From a bacterium (GTDB lineage: Bacteria > Patescibacteriota > Minisyncoccia > Phycocordibacterales > Phycocordibacteraceae), in contig JAKAMJ010000001.1 in NCBI GenBank assembly GCA_021812955.1, positions 1-30,474 of the forward strand: a DNA stretch of 30,474 nt. Direction: 5' to 3'. The notes below the pieces were generated by a model. The model ran no database searches. It was not told the DNA's origin and was given only the letters and a program-made list of their open reading frames with translations. The translations under genes and the position numbers were made by a program. Shown piece by piece: positions 7,947-16,523 of this stretch; position 1 is the stretch's first letter; every line of letters begins with the position of its first letter.

Positions 7947-8815
7947 GGCAGCGTCGGGGCCGATGCGTGCGCGCCGTTCAGGGAAAGCAGCCCCTCGGCT
8001 TCGGCCAGTATCTCGCCGACGCGCGCGGGCGGGAGCTTCAGGACGTCGAGCCGGCGGCGTTCGCGGAACAATTCGTCGACCGCGATGCTCCCGCTGTCGA
8101 TGAGCAGGCGCTTCTCAGAGCGCGAGAGCCGCGTAAGCGTGGTGACCGGATACACTTTCGCACGGCTCATGCGTATGAAAAGAGAATCGTGCGCGGGATA
8201 CCCCCACCCGAGCAGGTCTACGCCCGAGCATTCGGCATACGCTACCGCCTCAGAGGTGAACTTCGTGTTGGTTATCAGTATGCCGCGATCAATCTCGCGC
8301 TCCGGCTTCGCCCTCGCGCGAGAGAATATGTCGTCGAAGCGGCTCTTCACGTAAAGAGCGACTTTCAGGTCGGTCTTGTAGTTCGGATCATTGTGGTACT
8401 TCAGCTCGGCCGCGAGCCGCACATCCTGCCCCGGGTGGGACGCGTACAGGTCCACCTCGTGAGGGACGCAGTGGCCTTGGATGATCTTGCGTGTCTCGAC
8501 CCGCCACCCCTCGGCACGATACAGATGCGATACGAAATCTTCGAACGGGTGGCCTGTCGGCCCGAGCTCGAGCAGCGCGCGCCGGAGCGCGTAGCGAGCG
8601 GCGACCGGCCTGGATTCTCGGCGCATGAGCGTAAATGCGCGCGTATGCACTTCTTTGGACGTCATGCCTGGGACGACTGCCTCCGTGACGACTTTCGTGA
8701 TGCGTTCGGCGGTATGCTCGCCGGCCCCGGCCCGCTTGAGCGAAGCTGTAAGGCGGGCGGGGTCGAACGGCTGTCTCGTCCCGTCTGCCTTTATGATGAT
8801 CGGCAGCGCTGTCAT
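7943..8815 (-). CDS. ATP-cone domain fused to an Mrr-like PD-(D/E)XK endonuclease domain
   Basis: Start MTALPIIIKADGTRQPFD (ATP-cone pattern), overlapping the upstream stop; GHPFEDFV, HEVDLYA, ELKYH, GILITNTKFTSEA. Confidence 0.85.
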   Translation of the reverse strand: MTALPIIIKADGTRQPFDPARLTASLKRAGAGEHTAERITKVVTEAVVPGMTSKEVHTRAFTLMRRESRPVAARYALRRALLELGPTGHPFEDFVSHLYRAEGWRVETRKIIQGHCVPHEVDLYASHPGQDVRLAAELKYHNDPNYKTDLKVALYVKSRFDDIFSRARAKPEREIDRGILITNTKFTSEAVAYAECSGVDLLGWGYPAHDSLFIRMSRAKVYPVTTLTRLSRSEKRLLIDSGSIAVDELFRERRRLDVLKLPPARVGEILAEAEGLLSLNGAHASAPTLP

Positions 8816-9228
8816 AAGCCGGTAGTGCTTGCCGTGCGGCCGTTTACCGTTACCGACGAAACGCGCACGCTTGCCGGCGCGGAGACCTTCACGGCAAACG
8901 CCGCGTGCGAGGGAACCTGCAAGCACACGCCTTCCGTGGTCGGAACGACGAGGGCGACGCGAATGGTTTCCGTGCTCGACGCGGTCCCGGCAGTGTCCGC
9001 GCTCGCGGAGACCGTCGCGCACGCGTCGGGAACGTCGAGAGTGCCCGAGATGGAGTGGACGCCTTTCCGATACGCATCACGGAGCGCGACGACCGGTGCC
9101 GGCTCGGCCGGTTTGGGCACTTCGGTGCGGACGACTTCGCGCGCGTGCGGCGTTATGAACAGGAATCCAGCGAGCACGACGCATGCGATGATGACGGATG
9201 CAGCCCGGAAACGCGTTCGCCTGGTCAT
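8812..9228 (-). CDS. Hypothetical membrane-anchored protein, 138 aa
   Basis: Basic N-terminus plus TM helix; two Cys; 4-nt overlaps with both neighbours. Confidence 0.75.
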   Translation of the reverse strand: MTRRTRFRAASVIIACVVLAGFLFITPHAREVVRTEVPKPAEPAPVVALRDAYRKGVHSISGTLDVPDACATVSASADTAGTASSTETIRVALVVPTTEGVCLQVPSHAAFAVKVSAPASVRVSSVTVNGRTASTTGL

Positions 9229-10160
9229 TCCCTAATGATACCACCCCCCACCATGCTATCGCCACGATAAAAGACGATGGACTGCCCAGGAGCGACGGCG
9301 TCTGAGACGGGCTCCTCCGGCACGAATCGGTCGCCGCTCACACGCCCGGGGACGCGCGCGCCGCGGTAACGGTACTGCGCAGACGTCGCCTGCGACGGGT
9401 CGGCAAACCAATTCGCGTTCTCGAAGCTGATACCCCGTACGTCATGCTCGCCCTGTTCCCGGGCGACCCGCACCTCTTTCTTTCCGACGTCTTTCCCCAC
9501 CACGTACCACGGCCCATCGGGCAGCGGCACCCGCTGCCCGATGGTGTACAGGACCGCAGGATTGTCCGTGCCCAGCTCCTGCCGCAAGAAATCATCCACC
9601 GACACGTTGCCGAGGAAGCACACGCCCTGGCTGTCCCGCTTATCGGCCACGGGCAAGCCGAACGCGCGCGCGAGCCGGCGCACCTCCCGTTTGTCCATGT
9701 GCCCCACCGGAAAGAGCGTGGCTTGCAACACCTCCTTCGGCACGGCCCACAGGAAATAGCGCTGGTCCTTCTCGCCGCTCTCGTAGTGCCCGGTCGCGAT
9801 CGCGTCCGCGCCGGCCGCTCTCGCGTAGCGGTAGAACGCGCCGAACTTCACGTCCTTGTTGCACATCACGTCCGGGTTCGGCGTGCGGCCGGCGCGATAC
9901 TCGGCGAGTAGATAATCGATGACTCCTTCCTTATATTCCGCGCTCGCGTCGAGCGTGCGAAACGGGATGCGCAGATGCGCCGCGACGCGCATCGCGTCGC
10001 GGCGATCGGCCGCCCAGGTGCACGGCATCCCGCTCGGGTACCAGCCCTTGATGAACACGCCAGTCACCCGCGCCCCCGCACGCTGCAAGAGCGCGGCAGA
10101 CACGGCAGAATCGACGCCGCCGGACAGCCCCACGAACACGCTCTTTCCTTTCAGCTCCAT
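9225..10160 (-). CDS. mnmA: tRNA 2-thiouridine(34) synthase, compact (311 aa)
   Basis: SGGVDS, TPNPDVMCN, ATGHY, KDQRYFL, DSQGVCF, PGQSIVFY. Confidence 0.95.
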   Translation of the reverse strand: MELKGKSVFVGLSGGVDSAVSAALLQRAGARVTGVFIKGWYPSGMPCTWAADRRDAMRVAAHLRIPFRTLDASAEYKEGVIDYLLAEYRAGRTPNPDVMCNKDVKFGAFYRYARAAGADAIATGHYESGEKDQRYFLWAVPKEVLQATLFPVGHMDKREVRRLARAFGLPVADKRDSQGVCFLGNVSVDDFLRQELGTDNPAVLYTIGQRVPLPDGPWYVVGKDVGKKEVRVAREQGEHDVRGISFENANWFADPSQATSAQYRYRGARVPGRVSGDRFVPEEPVSDAVAPGQSIVFYRGDSMVGGGIIRE

Positions 10161-10166
10161 CCCCCC

Positions 10167-10172
10167 AGCTTA
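10167..10172 (-). promoter_or_regulatory. -10 hexamer TAAGCT, 6 nt before the mnmA ATG
   Basis: TAnnnT, then GGGGGG, then ATG. Confidence 0.45.
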
Positions 10173-10223
10173 CACGATTTTCTTCCGGCGCGAGGCCGGT
10201 GAGAGGTCCAGGCTCTCTCGCGT

Positions 10224-10928
10224 CTACTGCAAATATCTCCGCAGGTTGGCCTGATGGCCGGCATACGTGGAAGCGTAGTGCATGAGGCCATCCCGGCCGG
10301 TGAGGTAATACAGGAACGGCGTGCTCGCCGGATGCACGGCCGCGTCGAGCGAATCGAGCCCGGGCTCGTTTATCGGCTCGGCCGGGAGCCCGGCGTGCGC
10401 GTACGTCTCCGGCGCGGCGTCTGCCTGGAGCCGCATGCCCTTTGCGATCCGATTCCATAAGATGCCGGATACCATACGGCGGTCGGCGGGAGCCTTCGCT
10501 TCGCCTTCTATTATCGACGCCATGATGACGACGTCGCGGAGCGAATGGCCGGATGCGCGTACGTCCGACAGCAGCGGCGCTACGCGAGTATCGAAATCCG
10601 CCCGCATCCGGCTGACGATCTCAGACGACGTGTCGCCAGCCTGGAAGAAATATGTATCCGGGAACAGGTACCCCTCCTGCCCTTTCGCCGCGGCCAGGAA
10701 ATCCTGCTCGGTCACCCACGGCAACGAGCGCGCCACGAGCGCAGCCATCTCCGGCAGCGTCGTGCCTTCGACGAACGTGACGCGCACCTGCGGCGGCGGA
10801 ACCGGCCGTACGATGATGCTCCGTATGAAATGACGTGATGGCGGATACGCGGCCGCCACCACTGCCATCACGACGACCGTTGCGCCTATCATCGCGATCC
10901 ATCGCGCATGCCTACGAAACGCGTTCAT
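10224..10928 (-). CDS. mltG: Endolytic transglycosylase MltG (YceG-like), short form
   Basis: N-terminal TM; EGYLFPDTY, ASIIEGE (catalytic Glu), LQAD, LPAEPINEPG, YLTGRDG. Confidence 0.9.
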   Translation of the reverse strand: MNAFRRHARWIAMIGATVVVMAVVAAAYPPSRHFIRSIIVRPVPPPQVRVTFVEGTTLPEMAALVARSLPWVTEQDFLAAAKGQEGYLFPDTYFFQAGDTSSEIVSRMRADFDTRVAPLLSDVRASGHSLRDVVIMASIIEGEAKAPADRRMVSGILWNRIAKGMRLQADAAPETYAHAGLPAEPINEPGLDSLDAAVHPASTPFLYYLTGRDGLMHYASTYAGHQANLRRYLQ

Positions 10929-10932
10929 GTCG

Positions 10933-12291
10933 TCAGACCGGCAGGTTCGCCGGCGCTTCGCCGGTCACGGATTGTATCCGTTCGAGGCTCGGAGCCGGGA
11001 CGGCGCTCGACGGGATATGGAAGATCGTGGCCAGCTCCTCCGTACTCATCACTATCGTGTCCTTGCTCGAGTCTGAAGGCTCATGGAAGAATTGGCGGCG
11101 GCGGAATGAGTTGACGAGCTGTCTGCGATGCGCGTCTTTCAGCTTTCCCACTCCGAATTCCCATGGGTAGTCTTCAAAACCGGTCATCCACCCTGCCGGC
11201 TTGAACCCGTTCCAGCCGTCATCGGCGGAGAATTGCTTGAAGAGGCCGGTCACGCCCGCGATGGTCGTCGAATCGAACGCTGCGGGCGTCGCCAGGTAGA
11301 CGGCGCGTATGCCGACATCGAACCCGAATTTCGACACGTTCCGCTCTATCGCCGCGATCTTTTCCATCTGGCCCTTCGTCGGATTAGGGAATCCGGGGAC
11401 CTCCTTGCCGGTCACTGGATCCTTGTAAGGCTCGCGCGTCGCCTTACGGATATTGTCGACAAGCTCTTTCGCTTCGTCCTTCCATGTGTACGGCTTCCCG
11501 GCAGGATTGAGCTTGTCGTATTTCTCGCCCTTGTGCGTACGGATGACGAATTGCAGCCAGAGCTGCTCTCCCTTCCTCATCGATCCCATGAACTCGACCA
11601 GGTTCGCGAGCGGATCGACTTGCTCTTCTTCTTTCTGCACCTTGTCAAGCCCGTATTCTACATACGTCTTTATCGGTAACGGGTCTTTCTCGGTATGCAC
11701 GAAATCGCATCCCCAGATCTCCCACTCTTCCGGCTTCGCCGTGATGATCCGCGTATAGTCTTCCGCCTCTACGACCTGCGCCCCGGGATACTGCGCATAT
11801 ATCTGCGCTTCGATGATCCGGCGGAACCCGATGCGCGTCCAGATGAAGAAGTGCACCCGCCCCTCTATGGATACGATCTCAAGCGACCACCACGGCCGCA
11901 CGGCTCCTTTGAAATATTTCTTATACCAGTTCGACTCGCCTGGGCCCAGGTGGATGCCGGAGAGGAACGCTTCCATAGCGAGCGGCGTCTTTACGACAGT
12001 GCGCGGCGGGCGTATCTCAAGCAGCACCGTCTTCTGATTCGCGATGAATTCGGAACGCTTAAGGATGACCCAGAGCGTCCACGCGCCGTCTACGAGCAGG
12101 AACGGCAGCCACGCCGGCGCAAGGAAGAACGCCATCGAAGACGCGAGGTACACGGCGCGCGGCATCACGATGAACGAGAACGCCAGGATCACGAGCCCGA
12201 GGATGAATATCGGGCGATGCTTCGGCCGCACGCCGGTCTGCTCTTTCGTCTTCTTCGTCTGTGCGCGCAACTGATCGAGGAATGGAAGCAT
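10933..12291 (-). CDS. Conserved hypothetical membrane protein, about 452 aa
   Basis: Long clean ORF with two N-terminal TM segments. The ORF-track TTG start at 12315 overlaps the promoter, so ATG 12291 is preferred. Confidence 0.8.
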   Translation of the reverse strand: MLPFLDQLRAQTKKTKEQTGVRPKHRPIFILGLVILAFSFIVMPRAVYLASSMAFFLAPAWLPFLLVDGAWTLWVILKRSEFIANQKTVLLEIRPPRTVVKTPLAMEAFLSGIHLGPGESNWYKKYFKGAVRPWWSLEIVSIEGRVHFFIWTRIGFRRIIEAQIYAQYPGAQVVEAEDYTRIITAKPEEWEIWGCDFVHTEKDPLPIKTYVEYGLDKVQKEEEQVDPLANLVEFMGSMRKGEQLWLQFVIRTHKGEKYDKLNPAGKPYTWKDEAKELVDNIRKATREPYKDPVTGKEVPGFPNPTKGQMEKIAAIERNVSKFGFDVGIRAVYLATPAAFDSTTIAGVTGLFKQFSADDGWNGFKPAGWMTGFEDYPWEFGVGKLKDAHRRQLVNSFRRRQFFHEPSDSSKDTIVMSTEELATIFHIPSSAVPAPSLERIQSVTGEAPANLPV

Positions 12292-12302
12292 ACGATGCTG
12301 GA

Positions 12303-12311
12303 AGTATAGCA
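12303..12311 (-). promoter_or_regulatory. Extended -10 TGCTATACT, 11 nt before ATG 12291
   Basis: TGnTAnnnT match directly after a terminator. Confidence 0.6.
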
Positions 12312-12352
12312 ACAAAAACAGCCGCGCCCGCTTCTGAGCGGGCGCGGCTGTT
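12311..12352 (-). terminator. Intrinsic terminator
   Basis: 15-bp perfect arms aacagccgcgcccgc/gcgggcgcggctgtt with a T-rich tail on the minus strand. Confidence 0.85.
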
Positions 12353-12363
12353 CATAGGGACCG

Positions 12364-13437
12364 TCACGCTGCCGAATACCGGCCGTCCTTGAGTCGTTTG
12401 AAATAACGGGAGTCGTTCAGGTTCACCAGGATGGTGTTGTCCTTCACGAAACGCGCCTTCTTCACGTGCTTGATTATCTCGTCTTTCTTCATCGGGCCGT
12501 TCTCATCGAGCGTCTTGCGTATGACGTCGCGCACGACGCCGGGCGAATAGCCCCACTCCGTAAGCGCGTACAGGCCGCGGCCCACTAGCACGAAACGCGG
12601 ATCCTTGATGAGCTCGTTATGCGTCGTGGCGACGTGCGCCCGTTTCGAGAAAAGCTCGCCGATCGTCTTCGCCACGGCGGAGAAGTGCATCGGCTCGCCA
12701 TGGCGCTTGATGGCGAGGTATGCGTAATCGCGAATGCCCTTCACGCGGATCGCCGGCGCCGAAGCGCGGCCCCACTGCTCAAGCGGGTTACTGCCGATAT
12801 TCTTGGAAAGGGACAGCCAGCGCTTCAGCACCTCTTCGTTCTTGTATGCGTCGTTCACGCCCTTGAGCTCGTCGAGGAACCGGTCGAGCAGCTCGGCTTC
12901 CGTCACTACATCATCGTCGGGGAGCGCGGAGTACAGGCGCGACAGCGCCTCGTGGACGTTCTTGGCGGTGGAAGCGTCCACATGCCACCGCGACAGGAAC
13001 TCGCTCGTCTCCCGCTCGCGGAAGAACGTCGCGTCGAGCATGAGCAGGAACCGGAACCGGTTGCGGCTCTTCTCGTCTTTGCCGAGCGCGGAAAGGAGCT
13101 CGGCCTCTGGCACGATGACTCCGAGCGACGCGACATATCGCGCGATCTCCTCGAACGCTTCCTTGGCTTCTTTGAACGCTTGGCTCGCGCGGATAGCGTC
13201 GAGCCCTGCAGCCTCTATCTGGCGGACGCGCTCGCGCGTGATGCTCGAGAGGTCGCCGATCGCTTCGAGCGTCTCGCGCTCCGGATTCGCTCCGAGCCCG
13301 AACCGGCGTACGAGCACCTCGCGCGGCCTCTCGGGGGCAGCGGCCAGCAGCCTCTTCACGAGCGTCGCACTATCAAAAGAAAACGCGGCGCGCGTAATGG
13401 CCTTTGTCGTGCTCCGCTTCTTTGCCGCTTTTGTCAT
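12364..13437 (-). CDS. Sigma70 region 4-like HTH protein with C-terminal winged-HTH (HARE-HTH / RNAP delta-like) domains
   Basis: RRFGL...ETLEAIG...ITRERVRQIE (sigma region 4); TTHNELIKDPRFVLVGRGLYAL. Confidence 0.8.
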   Translation of the reverse strand: MTKAAKKRSTTKAITRAAFSFDSATLVKRLLAAAPERPREVLVRRFGLGANPERETLEAIGDLSSITRERVRQIEAAGLDAIRASQAFKEAKEAFEEIARYVASLGVIVPEAELLSALGKDEKSRNRFRFLLMLDATFFRERETSEFLSRWHVDASTAKNVHEALSRLYSALPDDDVVTEAELLDRFLDELKGVNDAYKNEEVLKRWLSLSKNIGSNPLEQWGRASAPAIRVKGIRDYAYLAIKRHGEPMHFSAVAKTIGELFSKRAHVATTHNELIKDPRFVLVGRGLYALTEWGYSPGVVRDVIRKTLDENGPMKKDEIIKHVKKARFVKDNTILVNLNDSRYFKRLKDGRYSAA

Positions 13438-13485
13438 GTGTTCTAATTTATACCGGACACCATTAAATAAGTCAATCGCACCGGG

Positions 13486-15876
13486 TTACACCACGAGATT
13501 TATGATTTTCCCAGGCACGTAGACGACGCGCTTCGGCTCAGCGTCCCCGAGCGCCGTAGCTACCGTATCAATTTTTCGCGCGGCTGCAAGCGCGTCCGCT
13601 TCCGACGCATCCGCGGCGAGCACTGCTTCCCCGCGGCGTTTGCCGTTCACCTGCACGACGACCGCGGCCTCGCTCGCGGCGAGCAGCGCCGGCTCGTATG
13701 CCGGCCATGAGGCTTGGTGGATAGATCCGTCCTCGCCGAGGCGCTCCCAGAGCTCATCAGTCATATGCGGCGCGAACGGCGCAAGCACTTTCAAGAATGA
13801 ACGCCATTGCTCCTTCCCTATCTCCCCCTCCTTCTCCGCGGCGTTGACGAAGACCATCATCTGGCTCACGGCCGTGTTGAACTTGAACGCCTCGATATCC
13901 TCCCCGACCTTCTTAATGGTTTCGTGCAGGGCCTTGTCGAGCCGCGCGCGCGACTCATCAGCGACCTTTTCTTGCAGGCGCCACACGCGCTCGATGAAGC
14001 GCGCCGTGCCAGCGATCGAGCTCGTCGACCAGGCTGTCGCGTTCTCGAACGGACCCATGAACATCTCGTAGAGGCGGAAAGCGTCCGCGCCGTATTCCGC
14101 GACCACGTCGTCCGGATTGATGACGTTGCCGAAACGCTTGCTCATCTTGCGCCCGTCCTCTGCGAGGATGAGGCCTACCGAGGCGAGCCGGGCGAATGGC
14201 TCGAGCGTGCTCACGACGCTGATATCGTAGAGGAACTTGTGCCAGAAACGCGCGTATATCAGGTGGCGCGTCGCGTGCTCGGCGCCGCCGACATACATAT
14301 CGACCGGTGCCCAATATTTCTCTGCTTTGGTCGAGACGAGCGCGCCGTCATTTCCCGGGTCCATGAAGCGCAAGTAGTACCACGAAGATCCCGCCCACTG
14401 CGGCATGGTGTTCGTCTCGCGTTTGCCGGGGCCTTTGCACTTCGGGCAGGTGGTATTGACCCAGGAATCGATGGCGGCGAGTGGCGACTCGCCCGTGCCG
14501 GTCGGCTCGTACGATTCGACCTCCGGCAGCGTAACTGGCAAATCCTCGTATGGCACAGGTACCGTACCGCACTTCTCGCAATGAATAACCGGGATCGGCT
14601 CGCCCCAATAACGCTGGCGCGAGAACACCCAGTCGCGCAGCTTGTAGCGCACCGCCTTCTTGCCGCCCGCATACGCAACGATATCCCCCATCACCTCGCG
14701 ATTCCCCTTCCCGCTAAACTCGCTCGAGTCCACGAGCACTCCGTCGCCGGTAAACGGCAAATTACCACCTTCAATCACGCGCGATATCGACAACCCGAAT
14801 TTCTTAGCAAAAGCGTAGTCGCGCTCGTCGTGAGCCGGGACAGCCATCACAGCGCCGGTGCCATAGCTTCCAAGCACGTAGTCGGCGACGAATACCGGAA
14901 CCTCTTCTTTGGTTGCTGGGTTCACCGCCATCACTCCCTCGAGCTTGACGCCCGTCTTCTCCTTCCCTTCTGCACCACGCTCGATCTCGGTCTTGCCGGC
15001 GGCAGTCACGGCGTACGCGTGCACCTCCTTGAAATTTTTTATAGGAATCAGATTCCTATATGCCGATTGGAGCAACGGGTGCTCGGGCGCGAGGACCACG
15101 TAGGTTACGCCGAAGAGCGTATCGGGGCGGGTAGTGAACACGGCAATCTTTTCGTCAGTACCAGTGATAGCAAAATCGAGCTCGGCACCCTCGGAACGCC
15201 CGATCCAGTTGCGCTGCGCTTCTTTGATGTGCTCGGGCCAATTCAATGTATCAAGGTCGACGAGAAGCCGGTCGGCGTACTCGGTGATCTTCAAGACCCA
15301 CTGCGGGAGCCGTTTCTTCTCGACCGGAGTACCGCACCGCTCGCAAGCATTGCCGTCCAGGTCTTCATTAGCGAGACCGGTTTTGCAGGAAGGGCACCAG
15401 TTGATAGGTTCTTCAGACTCGAACGCAAGTCCCTGCTCGAGCAGCTTGAGGAATATCCACTGTGTCCAGTGGTAGTAGGCCGGGTCGGTCGTGTTTATCT
15501 CTCGCGACCAGTCATAGTCGAACCCGAGGCGCGCGAGCTGCGACTTGAAGGTCGCGATGTTCTTCTCGACGGCCGCGCGCGGGTGCGCCTTGTGCTTGAG
15601 CGCATAGTTCTCAGCCGGGAGGCCGAACGCGTCCCAGCCCATCGGGTGCAACACCTCGTGCCCCTGCATCCGCGCGTGACGGGAGAAGACGTCCGTCGCG
15701 ATGTATCCCTTCGGATGCCCGACATGGAGCCCTTCGCCCGAGGGGTACGGGAACATATCGAGGACGTACTTCTTCGGCTTGCCCTCAACCTCTTGCGAGC
15801 GATACGTCTCGTCGCGCATCCAACGCTCTTGCCATTTCTTTTCTACCTCCTTGTGCGGGAACGCTTCCTTCGCCAT
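13486..15876 (-). CDS. leuS: Leucine-tRNA ligase
   Basis: MFPYPSG..LHVGH (HIGH), GWDAFGLPAEN, FTTRPDT, SRQRYWG, KMSKR. Confidence 0.98.
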   Translation of the reverse strand: MAKEAFPHKEVEKKWQERWMRDETYRSQEVEGKPKKYVLDMFPYPSGEGLHVGHPKGYIATDVFSRHARMQGHEVLHPMGWDAFGLPAENYALKHKAHPRAAVEKNIATFKSQLARLGFDYDWSREINTTDPAYYHWTQWIFLKLLEQGLAFESEEPINWCPSCKTGLANEDLDGNACERCGTPVEKKRLPQWVLKITEYADRLLVDLDTLNWPEHIKEAQRNWIGRSEGAELDFAITGTDEKIAVFTTRPDTLFGVTYVVLAPEHPLLQSAYRNLIPIKNFKEVHAYAVTAAGKTEIERGAEGKEKTGVKLEGVMAVNPATKEEVPVFVADYVLGSYGTGAVMAVPAHDERDYAFAKKFGLSISRVIEGGNLPFTGDGVLVDSSEFSGKGNREVMGDIVAYAGGKKAVRYKLRDWVFSRQRYWGEPIPVIHCEKCGTVPVPYEDLPVTLPEVESYEPTGTGESPLAAIDSWVNTTCPKCKGPGKRETNTMPQWAGSSWYYLRFMDPGNDGALVSTKAEKYWAPVDMYVGGAEHATRHLIYARFWHKFLYDISVVSTLEPFARLASVGLILAEDGRKMSKRFGNVINPDDVVAEYGADAFRLYEMFMGPFENATAWSTSSIAGTARFIERVWRLQEKVADESRARLDKALHETIKKVGEDIEAFKFNTAVSQMMVFVNAAEKEGEIGKEQWRSFLKVLAPFAPHMTDELWERLGEDGSIHQASWPAYEPALLAASEAAVVVQVNGKRRGEAVLAADASEADALAAARKIDTVATALGDAEPKRVVYVPGKIINLVV
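15040..15060. repeat. 21-bp palindrome TATAGGAATCAGATTCCTATA inside leuS
   Basis: Perfect 10-bp arms; differs from 2706-2726 only at the central base. Confidence 0.95.
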
Positions 15877-15882
15877 ATCCCT

Positions 15883-16422
15883 CTAGTCGCGGAAGCGGCG
15901 GACGCCCACGTAGATGAGCGCGATAAGCGCGATGGCGGAGATGCCGAGGCGCAGCCATTCTCCCGCGTCGCCCCAATACTGCATCGCCCCGACGATGAGC
16001 GCGAGCACGCCGCCGTAAGAGAGGCCGGAGGAAACGATCGACGAACCGATCGGCACGACGCCAACGACGAGCGCGATGATGCCGAGCACGGTCATGAGGA
16101 TGAACGCGTAGAGATGCTGCTCTGAGAGCGCTTGCTCGTATTTGGGCTGGCATGTCGCTGCATAGTCGCAGTAGCCGGCGAGCGCCTTCGCAGGCGTCGT
16201 AGCGACCGGCTGCGGCGGGTACTCCGTCCAGACGCCGCCCTGCGCGTCGCACGCGGCGGCATCTTGCGCCTGGACGGCAGGCGTCGGGCAGTATGCCTGG
16301 TAATCCGGCGAAGGGAACGCGATCTGTTCGATCACGAAAAAGAAGACGTTTAAGATGACAACGATACCGATAAGGAGCGCCCAGCGGACGAACTTCGGGT
16401 GCTTTGGTGCGGTTGTTTCCAT
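15883..16422 (-). CDS. Hypothetical membrane protein, 179 aa, with about 4 TM helices and a Cys-containing external loop
   Basis: Hydrophobic segments, four Cys in the loop; promoter upstream. Confidence 0.8.
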   Translation of the reverse strand: METTAPKHPKFVRWALLIGIVVILNVFFFVIEQIAFPSPDYQAYCPTPAVQAQDAAACDAQGGVWTEYPPQPVATTPAKALAGYCDYAATCQPKYEQALSEQHLYAFILMTVLGIIALVVGVVPIGSSIVSSGLSYGGVLALIVGAMQYWGDAGEWLRLGISAIALIALIYVGVRRFRD

Positions 16423-16430
16423 ATCCTCGG

Positions 16431-16439
16431 ATTATACCA
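16431..16439 (-). promoter_or_regulatory. Extended -10 TGGTATAAT, 8 nt before ATG 16422
   Basis: Consensus TATAAT with the TG extension. Confidence 0.75.
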
Positions 16440-16487
16440 CAAAAGCAAAACCCCCGCGCAATACTGGGATGGGGTGCGCATGAGGCC

Positions 16488-16518
16488 GTATTGAAGTCGA
16501 ACTTCACTTCAACTACAG
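16488..16518. repeat. Intergenic variant of the ung hairpin, with an internal 5-nt duplication
   Basis: Minus strand CTGTAGTTGAAGTGAAGTTCGACTTCAATAC versus ung CTGTATTGAAGTTCGACTTCAATAC. Confidence 0.85.
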
Positions 16519-16523
16519 ATTAC

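Noticed and set aside
10201-10217. GAGAG-GTCCAGG-CTCTC hairpin between mltG and mnmA as another member of the hairpin family
   Set aside because: Only 5-bp arms and a mismatched centre; too degenerate to support
13807-16125. 772-aa plus-strand ORF and many other long antisense ORFs (e.g. 7928-9235, 2487-3653, 23391-24473, 16850-17824)
   Set aside because: They mirror well-supported minus-strand genes, have low-complexity Arg/Ala-rich translations and no motifs; expected shadow ORFs in GC-rich DNA
16445-16475. Possible terminator CCCC...GGGG-TTTT upstream of the 179-aa gene
   Set aside because: The stem is short and irregular with a large loop; not supportable without folding calculations
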